A stretch of DNA of 64,000 bases from positions 23,268-87,267 of the forward strand of contig CAZXKC010000001.1 in assembly GCA_964641225.1 (NCBI GenBank), in the 5' to 3' direction. The stretch is from an uncultured Candidatus Saccharibacteria bacterium. Its GTDB lineage: Bacteria > Patescibacteriota > Minisyncoccia > UBA6257 > 1-14-0-10-44-23. Position 1 is the stretch's first letter; the number at the start of each line of letters is the position of its first letter. Under the pieces are notes generated by a model, which worked only from the letters and a program-made list of their open reading frames with translations, did no database searches and was not told the origin of the DNA. Of this stretch, positions 9,540 through 18,673 are shown piece after piece. The translations under genes were made by a program, and so were the position numbers.

Positions 9540-10811
9540 TTAATTTTTGACTACGTACTTTGGATTGAGCCGAGCAGAATGCTTCGTAAGCTCAAAGAGA
9601 TTTTCAACTTGCGGGATGTGTAGTTTCACTTTTCGGTTGAACTGATAAATCGCGTTTTTGACTGCCGTGTCATCCACGTCGTCGCCTAAAATCATTTCGC
9701 TAATTTCGCCCAAACTCCAGTCCGAATAAGTATTTTTTGGGTTATCAAAAATGACCCTAAGGACTTCTTTTTGGACCTGTCCCTGTATCCGTATCTTGTG
9801 CTCTTTCGCATCTTGGTCAGTTAAAATCAACATCCCGCTCTGGGACTGAAAACTTAAGTTCAGCTTAATCTCTTCGCTTTCGGCGGTATTTATGGTATTG
9901 CTCGCCATCTTTTCTTGCCCCGTCAGCGAACTCAACGTTATTGGCGTTGAGTGGAACTTCACGTTCCAAAGCTCTTTGTCGTTCCAATTACGCACCTTCA
10001 GCCGTCCCTCTTGCTCCAAATACGAAAGCACTTTTATTACCTCAAAATCTTCATTGGCTAGCGAAGTGAAGGGTATGTTGACGCTACCATCAATAAGCGG
10101 AAGCTCTTTGACAAACTTGTAGAAGTTTTCTAACTGCTTAGAAAAATATGACCTTTTCTTTTTGTAAATGGGTGGTTTGTCAACAAAATCATCGGCAGCA
10201 AACGATGCTAAGAAATCAGCGATTTTTTCGTTGAGCTTTTTTGCTTCGGCATCAATAAAAGTGAGTTCAAACTCAATATGCGGTGCGGCAATGTCAGAGA
10301 TGTTACTCAAGCTTTTAGCTGCTTCGCTTAACGAGGCGAAATCAATTCTGTCTCTCATCCTCGGAAAATCATTTTTGAAATCAAACTTTTTTTCTTTGTC
10401 ATTGATAGCTGCGTCCAATCTTGCCTCAGACATTTTCTTTAAGTCATAAATCTCGCCGAAAACGTACGTATAGTAACCAACATTTTCATCAGTTGGATTT
10501 TCAGTCATCACTGCTTCTCTTACGGCTCGCTCCAATAAATCAGAGAGGTTGATAACGCTGAGCCGTCTTATCTTGCCTATACTAAAAACTTCAATCATAT
10601 CAAAGACCTGATGGAGCACGAGGTGCTCTACTGAGCCGTGGTCATTTGTGTCTGTAATTTCGCTCTTGATTTCATCAATCTTCCAATAATTTCCTTTCAA
10701 AAATTGGTCTAAAGTAAAAACGTTTTGCCCGCGGTAAAAGCCCTCTAGCAAAATGTGCAGGGCCAGCAGGTTCAAATCGCGATTGAAGTAGTCAAAATGG
10801 TCTTCTTCCAT
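9540..10811 (-). CDS. Hypothetical protein (423 aa)
   Basis: Long ORF with an acidic/coiled middle and a possible winged-helix-like C-terminus. No recognisable family. Confidence 0.45.
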   Translation of the reverse strand: MEEDHFDYFNRDLNLLALHILLEGFYRGQNVFTLDQFLKGNYWKIDEIKSEITDTNDHGSVEHLVLHQVFDMIEVFSIGKIRRLSVINLSDLLERAVREAVMTENPTDENVGYYTYVFGEIYDLKKMSEARLDAAINDKEKKFDFKNDFPRMRDRIDFASLSEAAKSLSNISDIAAPHIEFELTFIDAEAKKLNEKIADFLASFAADDFVDKPPIYKKKRSYFSKQLENFYKFVKELPLIDGSVNIPFTSLANEDFEVIKVLSYLEQEGRLKVRNWNDKELWNVKFHSTPITLSSLTGQEKMASNTINTAESEEIKLNLSFQSQSGMLILTDQDAKEHKIRIQGQVQKEVLRVIFDNPKNTYSDWSLGEISEMILGDDVDDTAVKNAIYQFNRKVKLHIPQVENLFELTKHSARLNPKYVVKN

Positions 10812-10920
10812 AGGTCTTATAGCTTACTTTAGTTTACATCCTATGACAATTCAAACGGGTCGCTTATATGACTTTGATTAACAAGAAAAAAGTGCTAAAT
10901 TATATGCACAACTTAATATG

Positions 10921-11100
10921 GCCTAACCCTCGTGGGCAACTGCGAGGTATGGCGTTAGAAACTGTTCAGGTACATTAAGCTCGTCGTCAGAGCACCTGAA
11001 CAGTCGTATTCCGAAAGGGGTACGGGTGGCCGTAAGGTCATCGCTGGCGGCGAGCTTTGTGCTTCGCTGCTTGCAAAGGCATTACAAAACTGTTCAGGTA
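10921..11100 (+). ncRNA. Candidate structured RNA / leader element, copy A, directly upstream of the C5-methyltransferase start codon
   Basis: Multi-hairpin element with GNRA loops: ctcgtgg-GCAA-ctgcgag, cgtattcc-GAAA-ggggtacg and ggcc-GTAA-ggtc, plus a long-range 10-bp stem actgttcagg/cctgaacagt. A paralogous copy at 23766-23900 preserves every helix with compensatory changes. Confidence 0.4.
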
Positions 11101-12098
11101 TGCCCAAAAAAACAAAAGGGCGGTCAAAGCACCGCGTCGTTTCTCTATTTGCAGGTTCAGGCGGTCTTGATTTAGGTTTTCATCAGGCGGGTTTTGATAT
11201 TATTTGGGCGAATGACTACGACCATTGGTCCTGCGAAACGCTCAAGAAAAACTTTCATCATACGGTTGTTGAGAAGAGCGTCGTTGATGTAACCAATGAC
11301 GAAGTGCCTGAATGCGATGTCATTTTGGGCGGTTTTCCTTGTCAGGATTTTTCTATGATTTGGAAGCGTGGCGGGATTACGACCGACCGCGGAAATCTCT
11401 ATAAGCAATTTGTCAGACTGGTGAAAGCCAAGAAGCCAAAACTTTTTATCGGCGAGAATGTCCGAGGTCTGCTGACTGCGAACGGCGGTAAGGCGTTGGA
11501 GCAGATAGTTAAAGATTTTGCCGAGGTCGGCTATGACGTTGAAGTGAACAAGGTGAACTTCGCAGACTATGGAGCTCCGCAACTACGGCAGCGGGTTTTG
11601 ATAATTGGAGTGCGTCGTGATTTGGGACGTAAATATAAGCTGCCACCTGCGACGCATACGCCTGATACTTACGTCTCTGCAAAACAAGCTTTGGCGGGCG
11701 TTGAGAAAGCCCTCTACAACAATGAGCACCTCAACGTGCAACCGAAAACAGTGCAAATGTTGAAGCTCATACCAGCAGGTGGGAACTTCACTTCAATCCC
11801 TAAAAACTCGCCTTATTACGTCAAAGGGATGATTAGCCACGTTTACCGCAGGTTGCACCCAGATAAGCCGTCTACGACGATTATAGCGGGCGGTGGAGGC
11901 GGTACGTGGGGCTATCACTACAAGGAGCATCGGCCTTTAACCAACCGCGAAAGAGCCCGTTTATTTGGTTACCCAGACGATTATATTTTCATCGGCTCTA
12001 CGACCGAGGTACGCCGACAAATCGGCAACTCTGTCCCGACTGCGGGCATACGGCCGATTGCCGAAAGCATCCGTAAGTTCCTAGACGAAACCAATTAA
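11100..12098 (+). CDS. DNA (cytosine-5)-methyltransferase
   Basis: Motif I FAGSGGLDLGF, PCQ motif (GGFPCQDFS) and ENVRGL motif. Confidence 0.9.
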   Translation: MPKKTKGRSKHRVVSLFAGSGGLDLGFHQAGFDIIWANDYDHWSCETLKKNFHHTVVEKSVVDVTNDEVPECDVILGGFPCQDFSMIWKRGGITTDRGNLYKQFVRLVKAKKPKLFIGENVRGLLTANGGKALEQIVKDFAEVGYDVEVNKVNFADYGAPQLRQRVLIIGVRRDLGRKYKLPPATHTPDTYVSAKQALAGVEKALYNNEHLNVQPKTVQMLKLIPAGGNFTSIPKNSPYYVKGMISHVYRRLHPDKPSTTIIAGGGGGTWGYHYKEHRPLTNRERARLFGYPDDYIFIGSTTEVRRQIGNSVPTAGIRPIAESIRKFLDETN

Positions 12099-12099
12099 A

Positions 12100-13119
12100 A
12101 TGATTTATTCAAACGATAAACATTTTGGTGGGCCGATGATGGAAACCGTGAAGCGTGAGATGCAGCACTCAAGCAATGTTGCGATTGCCAGCGGGTACGT
12201 TTCAGGTGATGTACTCGGTCAGTTTGAAAATGATTTTTATCGCATTGCTGAAAGCGGAGGTACTGTGAAGCTTTTGGTTGGAATGGCCTTCTACGAAGGG
12301 CTTACGGGCAAAAACTTACAACGACTTCAGACGATAGAAAACCGACTACGTACAACGAACGGTCAGAGCGGTATATTCGTATGTTACTCGCGACCATTCC
12401 ACGGAAAAATCTACAGGTTCAAAAATGGGGGCGACTTTTCAACCTATGTCGGCTCTTCTAACTTTTCGCGTAGCGGACTGTCTGAAAATCTTGAGTGCAC
12501 GGCCGAGGTCAAAGACACCGAAACAGAAGCGGGTGTTGAGGGTTATCTTGATTTCCTTTTTGCCCCTGAAAATGCCGTCTCGGTCCTGAAGGCGGACATT
12601 ACCGTACACGGGTCAAAAGAGTACCTTGAAAGGGTTTCACTACGGACGCTGGATGACCTGCAAAAGTACGACCCGAAAACGATTGATAAGAAGACGCTGC
12701 CAGAGTTTGATTATCCGCTTTCTCGCATCGTTGGCTCTGAAAAATCAAGCTTGAATGTTTATTTCGGCAAAGGGCGTTGGGCTCGTAGTACGGGCAAGGT
12801 TGCCCCGCGACCGTGGTACGAGGTTGAGCTCATCGCGTTAAAAGCGATGACAGAAAACCCTTTGTATCCAAAGGGCGATTTTAAGGCGTTTACTGACGAC
12901 GGGTATGTTATCCCAATGCGGACCAGTGGCGACTACTTTAAGAACATTCGGTCCAAAGGAAACCTACAAATCCTCGGTCAGTGGATTAAGGGCAAGCTTC
13001 AAAAAGCTAACGCTCTCATTCCTCTGACCCCTGTTACGCAGGAAACTTTGGACAAATACGGCAACGACACAATCCGTTTCTATAAAATACGCGATGGCGA
13101 GTATTATGTTGAGTTCTAA
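12100..13119 (+). CDS. PLD-family (HKD nuclease, NgoFVII-like) restriction endonuclease, cognate to the upstream methyltransferase
   Basis: HKD motif FHGKIYRF...YVGSSNFSRSG. Starts 2 nt after the methyltransferase stop. Confidence 0.65.
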   Translation: MIYSNDKHFGGPMMETVKREMQHSSNVAIASGYVSGDVLGQFENDFYRIAESGGTVKLLVGMAFYEGLTGKNLQRLQTIENRLRTTNGQSGIFVCYSRPFHGKIYRFKNGGDFSTYVGSSNFSRSGLSENLECTAEVKDTETEAGVEGYLDFLFAPENAVSVLKADITVHGSKEYLERVSLRTLDDLQKYDPKTIDKKTLPEFDYPLSRIVGSEKSSLNVYFGKGRWARSTGKVAPRPWYEVELIALKAMTENPLYPKGDFKAFTDDGYVIPMRTSGDYFKNIRSKGNLQILGQWIKGKLQKANALIPLTPVTQETLDKYGNDTIRFYKIRDGEYYVEF

Positions 13120-13130
13120 AATCTTGAGCT

Positions 13131-13319
13131 ATGATTTCTGAAAAAGCATTGGCAGAATATAAGGCAATTTATCGCAAGGAGTACGGCAAGGACATTTCAG
13201 ACGCCGAGGCGTTAGAGCAAGCCACGAACCTACTGAACTTAATGAACGTAGTTTATAGACCAGTAAAAAAGGAGTGGCTGACAGAGCTTGATGAAAAAGA
13301 AAAAGGCAAAGCAAAGTGA
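13131..13319 (+). CDS. Small hypothetical protein (62 aa)
   Basis: ORF only. Lys/Glu-rich. Confidence 0.3.
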   Translation: MISEKALAEYKAIYRKEYGKDISDAEALEQATNLLNLMNVVYRPVKKEWLTELDEKEKGKAK

Positions 13320-13475
13320 GTTAAAAATCATCTACGCGGAAGCCGAAGATATTTCCAGCGAAGAGGCACAGCGTAGGGTAGACGCAGCTTTTGACATTCT
13401 ATTTGAGGAGGTCCTTAAGCATAGGCATTAGTTTGCCTGAACGCTTTATATGCTGGTACACTTCAGCTAGATAAT

Positions 13476-13901
13476 ATGCTTAATTTCGGCGAAAAAGTTG
13501 AAGGCGTTGAGTATCGTGAGTTGCCCTGTGCTCGTGCTGTTATTCGTAATGACGAAGGCAAGTTTGCCTTTGTAGAAGTGAACGGGCAATACTTCTTGCT
13601 CGGTGGCGGGATGGAAAAAGACGAGACGCCAGAGCAAACGATTATCCGCGAATGTCTTGAAGAAGCAGGTGCTAGGGTTACCATTAGCCGAAAAATTGGA
13701 ACAGCTGGTGATTATCTATTCGCAAAAAAGGAGCAGGCGTATTTTCACAAAGTCGGCGAGTTTTTTGAAGCGAAAATAGAAGCGATAGTCCAAGATGGCG
13801 TTGAGACTGACCATAAGCTCGTATGGAGCACGCTGGAAGCAGCGAGGCCTTTTATTAAACAAAAAAGTCAGGAGTGGGCAGTTGAGCAACTTACTAAATA
13901 A
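13476..13901 (+). CDS. NUDIX hydrolase
   Basis: Nudix box GGGMEKDETPEQTIIRECLEEAG. Confidence 0.8.
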   Translation: MLNFGEKVEGVEYRELPCARAVIRNDEGKFAFVEVNGQYFLLGGGMEKDETPEQTIIRECLEEAGARVTISRKIGTAGDYLFAKKEQAYFHKVGEFFEAKIEAIVQDGVETDHKLVWSTLEAARPFIKQKSQEWAVEQLTK

Positions 13902-13904
13902 TTT

Positions 13905-14594
13905 ATGCAGCGACCCTACACAACACTCTTTATGCTCGTCTCGGTAGACGGCAAAATCTCTACGGGCGATACCGACCTATTGGATGTAGACAAAGATTTT
14001 CCGAAAATCGCAGGCCTCAAAGAGGGCTTGCAGCAGTATTACGATATTGAAAAGACAACCGATTTTTTCTCGCTAAACACGGGACGAGTTTTTGCGAAAG
14101 TCGGAATGAACACGAGAAAGGACGAACCAAAGCAGATACCCGTTACGTTCGTGCTCATTGATAACAAACCACACCTGACGAAGAATGGCGTCGTATATTT
14201 GTCCAAGAAAGCCCAGCGAACGCTTATTGTTACAACCAACCCCAAGCACGCAGCGTTGAAGCTTAATTTGCCCAATGTTGAGGTTATCAGCTACAAAGGC
14301 GAGGTTAATCTCAAGGACCTTTTTAAGAGGCTAGCGAAGAAATACGGGGCGAAGCGAATGACAATTCAATCTGGTGGAACGCTTAATGCAACACTAGTCC
14401 GTGAGGGGCTGATTGATAAGGTGCTGCTCGTTGTTGCCCCTGCGATGATTGGTGGAAAAAATACTTCTACGTTGATGGACGGACAGTCGCTACACTCAGC
14501 GAAGGAACTGGCGAAAATAAAAACGCTTAAGTTGATTAAGGCAGAGCCCCTTAAAAACTCATACCTACTTTTAGAGTATGAGGTTATCAAGTAG
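13905..14594 (+). CDS. RibD C-terminal / DHFR-like reductase family protein
   Basis: The N-terminal LFMLVSVDGKIS pattern and overall size match the RibD_C/dihydrofolate-reductase-like fold. Confidence 0.6.
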   Translation: MQRPYTTLFMLVSVDGKISTGDTDLLDVDKDFPKIAGLKEGLQQYYDIEKTTDFFSLNTGRVFAKVGMNTRKDEPKQIPVTFVLIDNKPHLTKNGVVYLSKKAQRTLIVTTNPKHAALKLNLPNVEVISYKGEVNLKDLFKRLAKKYGAKRMTIQSGGTLNATLVREGLIDKVLLVVAPAMIGGKNTSTLMDGQSLHSAKELAKIKTLKLIKAEPLKNSYLLLEYEVIK

Positions 14595-14610
14595 CACATC
14601 TAAACCAGTT

Positions 14611-15348
14611 ATGCCCGAAGAAGAAAAGAAAACACTATATATTTTCATAGATGAGTCGGGCAATTTTGATTTTTCGGAAAATGGAACGAAGTATTTTGCC
14701 CTTACCGCTGTTAGCAGCTTAACCCCGCTCAAATCAAGGGATGCTCTTTTAGCAAAAGTATACGCGACAAAATATAAGGGTTGGAATGAGGGGCGGGATG
14801 ATTATTATTTCCACGCGACCGAGGATAAACAGGAGGTCCGCGACTGGGTCTTCGCTGCTATCAAGCAGCTAGACGACATCGCAGTTGATGTCATAGTCGC
14901 ACAAAAAAATAAGGCAAATCCATCACTCTATATTGAGCGTGAATTGCAACCTAACTTTTCAGTAAAGACCGTCCGCTACGAAGAGAAGTTTTACGAAAAA
15001 ATCTCGCAGATGCTGCTACAATATATTTGCAACCGTTATCAAAACAAAGCAGATATTGGAAAGGTGGTAGTCATCCTCGGCTCTCTATTTACTGATAGAA
15101 AACGTGGCTATGTCCTTAAGAGCTTAAAGCAGTATTTGAGGGAGCATTTTTCTAAGCCCTCGTATATTTATTTCCACGACACATCATCTGACATTAACTG
15201 CCAGATTGCTGACTACTGCGGATGGGCTGCTTTCGTGAGAGCTGAACGAAACGAGCAAAGACCGTGGGCTGAAATTAAGGGCAAAGTGAAGAGCTGCTTT
15301 AACGTTTTTGATACTGGGACAACGGAGTATTACCAATATAAAAAATGA
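14611..15348 (+). CDS. DUF3800-family protein
   Basis: N-terminal LYIFIDESGNFDF is the DUF3800 signature. The Met at 14611 is preferred because the ORF start at 14578 overlaps the previous gene. Confidence 0.55.
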   Translation: MPEEEKKTLYIFIDESGNFDFSENGTKYFALTAVSSLTPLKSRDALLAKVYATKYKGWNEGRDDYYFHATEDKQEVRDWVFAAIKQLDDIAVDVIVAQKNKANPSLYIERELQPNFSVKTVRYEEKFYEKISQMLLQYICNRYQNKADIGKVVVILGSLFTDRKRGYVLKSLKQYLREHFSKPSYIYFHDTSSDINCQIADYCGWAAFVRAERNEQRPWAEIKGKVKSCFNVFDTGTTEYYQYKK

Positions 15349-15476
15349 CCAACCCGCCTATCCTTTCGGAAGAGCCCGAGGGCTCTTATCAGCGGGTTGG
15401 AACCTTTACTAGGAGTATACCTTATTTTCGCCAGAGAAGCAATCATTGTGTAAAAGGTCTATACTAATATAAACGT

Positions 15477-15716
15477 ATGAATATACCATTTCTTACAGAG
15501 CAGAAAGATGCAGCCTTAAAGGAATTAGGGGCAATATCAGGCAGCGAAAATCAAAAAAAGGAACGGATTTCAATCATTATCCAGTATCTTGCCTCGCTCC
15601 TTGAGCCAGATAGTTTTACCGAAGCTCAACGAGAGGATTTACGTAAACTATCCCTTGAGTTAGGTTTCAAGGAAGACACAGTATTTGCCGATTGGGTTAA
15701 GATTATCGCTCCTTAG
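15477..15716 (+). CDS. Small hypothetical protein (79 aa)
   Basis: ORF only. Confidence 0.35.
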   Translation: MNIPFLTEQKDAALKELGAISGSENQKKERISIIIQYLASLLEPDSFTEAQREDLRKLSLELGFKEDTVFADWVKIIAP

Positions 15717-15740
15717 CTAGGAGAGAAAAGTGATACGTCA

Positions 15741-16259
15741 ATGGGAAAACTTTTAATTATTTGTGGGCAAGAAGGTACTGGCAAATCCACGATTGCTAAA
15801 GCAATACTTCCTCATCTCAAAAATGGTGCTGCTTTTGATGCTGAGAATATCCTACAAGTAAACCCCTTTGAGTTTGATGAAAAGTTTAAGCAGCTAGCGA
15901 TTGATAATTCTGCCGTCCTTATCAACAGTTTTTTTGGACACGGCTGCGAAAGAGTAGTTGCTGGCAGCTTTATTGGCGATAGAGCGGGCTATGATGCCTT
16001 TAAGACGAAGCTGGAACATAGCCCAAAGGTTTTTATCGTTATGCTAGTCGCGTCTCAAGAAGTTCGCGACAAGAGGCGTATGGAAAGGGCAAAGCCGACT
16101 ACCAAAGAATGGAGGGACATAGCTGACGCAAAAGCCCCGAAAGATACGACGCTAGGTGCAGCTAAAGACGAGTATGACTATTACGAGATTGATAACAGTG
16201 GACTTACCGTTGATGAGACGATTGCCGAAGTCAAAAAGAAAATCCCTGATTTTTTCTAA
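15741..16259 (+). CDS. P-loop kinase (AAA_33 / chloramphenicol-phosphotransferase-like small-molecule kinase family)
   Basis: Walker A LIICGQEGTGKST at the N-terminus. Size of 172 aa. Confidence 0.6.
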   Translation: MGKLLIICGQEGTGKSTIAKAILPHLKNGAAFDAENILQVNPFEFDEKFKQLAIDNSAVLINSFFGHGCERVVAGSFIGDRAGYDAFKTKLEHSPKVFIVMLVASQEVRDKRRMERAKPTTKEWRDIADAKAPKDTTLGAAKDEYDYYEIDNSGLTVDETIAEVKKKIPDFF

Positions 16260-16264
16260 CTGAT

Positions 16265-17464
16265 ATGTCCTTAGAAGATAGCTACAATAAAATATATTCG
16301 CATAATGAAACTGTTTTTGGTGGCGAGCCAGAGCAAGTAGTTCGGAACGTGGTTAAATACCGTACAGCTGGCTCAGCCGTTGAATTAGGGGCTGGCGAAG
16401 GCAGAAACTCTTTATTTCTGGCAAGTAATGGTTTTGAAGTTTCGGCGTACGATATATCTAAAGTTGGCATAGGCAAAATTGCCAAGCGGGCAGCCGAGCT
16501 CAAACTTAATGTGCAAGCAGAGGTCGCAGATGTTCGTGCCTTAAATCTACAACGTAATTTTGACGTTGTAGCGTCCACGTATATGCTTCATCATCTCTCG
16601 CGAGAAGAAGCACTGGCGTTGGTCAAACGAATGCAAGAACATACCAACCCTGAAGGGTTAAATGCAATTACTGTTTTTACTAAAAGTGGCGATTTTTACA
16701 AAGGTAATCCCGAAACTGACCGATTTTATCCAGACGCAGGCGAATTAAAAAGTTTATATGCTGAATGGGATATTTTAGAGTATGAGGAGCTTGAAGTTCC
16801 AGCTGTTGATACAAAACCAGATGGAAGTCAGATGTCTAATGTGGCTGCCCGATTGCTGGCGAGGAAAATGCAAAAAAGCCCCATTGAACATAGTTCAAAT
16901 AATGAGAAGTCGGCAGCCTTTGAAACGCTCTATCAAGGTATGCTTGCTCAAGATGGAGGGTTTGTTGAGTATTCCTTACCGTACCCTAAATATGATTTTC
17001 TCAATTTCTTAGTAAGAGAAAAGGGCGTTCTTTTGCACGGTTCAAATCAGCCAGATATTCGCGAGCTTGAGCCAAAGCAGGCGAATTGTAAGTCAAAAAA
17101 GTTTGGCAATATGCAAGCAGTATATGCTACCCAAGACAGCATCCTACCACTTTTTTTCGCTGTTAGAGACAGGAGTAAGATGCGTGGCAGAACTGAAAGT
17201 GGTTACAGAGAAGAATATGTTGATGGTCAGCAGAAAAAAACATACGGCTTCGCGGTAAGTAGTCAGGCAGTGCTTAATTCAAATCCTTGGTTGGATGGCG
17301 TTGTCTATATTCTTCCAAGTGATAGTTTTGAACAGGGCACTGACGATGAAGGGCATCAAATTGATGAGTTCGTGAGCCGTACGCCAGTGAAAGCAATAGC
17401 AAGGTTGCGAGTTGGGCCAGAAGATTTCCCTTACTTAGATAAAGTTACCATAAAGGAGAGTTAG
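16265..17464 (+). CDS. SAM-dependent methyltransferase (TehB-like N-terminal domain) fused to a ~200-aa C-terminal domain of unknown function
   Basis: VELGAGEGRNSLFLASNGFEVSAYDIS is methyltransferase motif I, followed by an acidic motif II. The C-terminal half was not recognised. Confidence 0.55.
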   Translation: MSLEDSYNKIYSHNETVFGGEPEQVVRNVVKYRTAGSAVELGAGEGRNSLFLASNGFEVSAYDISKVGIGKIAKRAAELKLNVQAEVADVRALNLQRNFDVVASTYMLHHLSREEALALVKRMQEHTNPEGLNAITVFTKSGDFYKGNPETDRFYPDAGELKSLYAEWDILEYEELEVPAVDTKPDGSQMSNVAARLLARKMQKSPIEHSSNNEKSAAFETLYQGMLAQDGGFVEYSLPYPKYDFLNFLVREKGVLLHGSNQPDIRELEPKQANCKSKKFGNMQAVYATQDSILPLFFAVRDRSKMRGRTESGYREEYVDGQQKKTYGFAVSSQAVLNSNPWLDGVVYILPSDSFEQGTDDEGHQIDEFVSRTPVKAIARLRVGPEDFPYLDKVTIKES

Positions 17465-17479
17465 CCTAGAAACAGCCCT

Positions 17480-18538
17480 ATGAATTACACCGAGACAGAA
17501 GAATATCAGCGTCAAATCAAGGAGCAGTATAGCTCGCGGGTTAAAAAGTTCGCTCCAGTTGATGTTGAGAAGGTCCTGCATACTTTGGGCATTGAGGTCG
17601 GAAAGGATGACCTTAAGCCAATCACAAAGGGCAATATGAACGCTACCTACGTAGCACCCGCTTTGGTTGTAAAAATTAACGAGGATAAAAAGACGGCAGA
17701 CTATGCAGCGTATGTTGTAGCCTCGTCGCTAGCTGATAAGCATCCGATACCGAAGGTTTTGGCGTATGACCACTTTGATAAAACGGCATACGAAGTACTT
17801 GTAACGACCAGATTATCAGGTCAGACACTCATTGATACCATTTTTGACCTTGACCAAGCTGCTCGTGAGAAGCTCTTTAGCCAGATGCTTGATGTCGTAG
17901 ACGGACTTTTTACTATGAGGTTTGATAGCGTCGGGCACTTTCGTAACCCAGAGGAAAAGTTTGCAACATACAGCGAGTACCTTCGGCACAGCTTAATGCA
18001 ATCCGCTGACCAGATTAAACGGCAGAAAACGTGGGATGCCAGTGATATAGATAAAATCGTTGCCTATGCCAGCAAGCATCTCAACGTATTTGATGACGAG
18101 AAAGAGTGCACCTTTGTACATACGGATTTGCATATGGGCAATATCCTGCACGAAGGCGATAAGCTAACAGGCCTGATTGATTTTGACAGTGCCTTTCGTG
18201 GCCCACGCGTTGCCTCATTGCCGATGATTTTGGGGTTTGTCTTCAATCCGCAGCAATACACCGAGGGAAGCGACTACTTCCCGAAATACAAAGGGCAGCA
18301 ATTCCTGTATTTCCTGCCAATCCTGAAAGCTCGCTGGCCCGCTGTTTTCAGCGACCCGCAACTACTACGAAAACTCAACCTGCTTAATATCATTGAAAAT
18401 CTGGGCTGGGTTGCCGACAACTGGTCAAAAGAGTGGAACAAGCAACTTATTGATATGTTCTTCGCTACAGAAATTGATAAGGACCTTAAAGTTTCGTACT
18501 TCGGGCAGCGACTGGAAAGTGGTTCTTACGTCGGTTAA
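17480..18538 (+). CDS. Aminoglycoside/choline-kinase-fold phosphotransferase (APH family)
   Basis: Catalytic loop FVHTDLHMGNILH and the metal-binding IDFDSA motif. Confidence 0.75.
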   Translation: MNYTETEEYQRQIKEQYSSRVKKFAPVDVEKVLHTLGIEVGKDDLKPITKGNMNATYVAPALVVKINEDKKTADYAAYVVASSLADKHPIPKVLAYDHFDKTAYEVLVTTRLSGQTLIDTIFDLDQAAREKLFSQMLDVVDGLFTMRFDSVGHFRNPEEKFATYSEYLRHSLMQSADQIKRQKTWDASDIDKIVAYASKHLNVFDDEKECTFVHTDLHMGNILHEGDKLTGLIDFDSAFRGPRVASLPMILGFVFNPQQYTEGSDYFPKYKGQQFLYFLPILKARWPAVFSDPQLLRKLNLLNIIENLGWVADNWSKEWNKQLIDMFFATEIDKDLKVSYFGQRLESGSYVG

Positions 18539-18673
18539 CGCTTCAGGGGCATCAATTGCCGTAATCTCAAAAGACCGCTAAACTCAAGTTCTTCACGAAT
18601 ATGCTTCCAATCAAGGGTTCTAAACTTGTTCAATAGAGGGAGCCAATGTTTCTTGTGAATCCGACCCGTCTCT

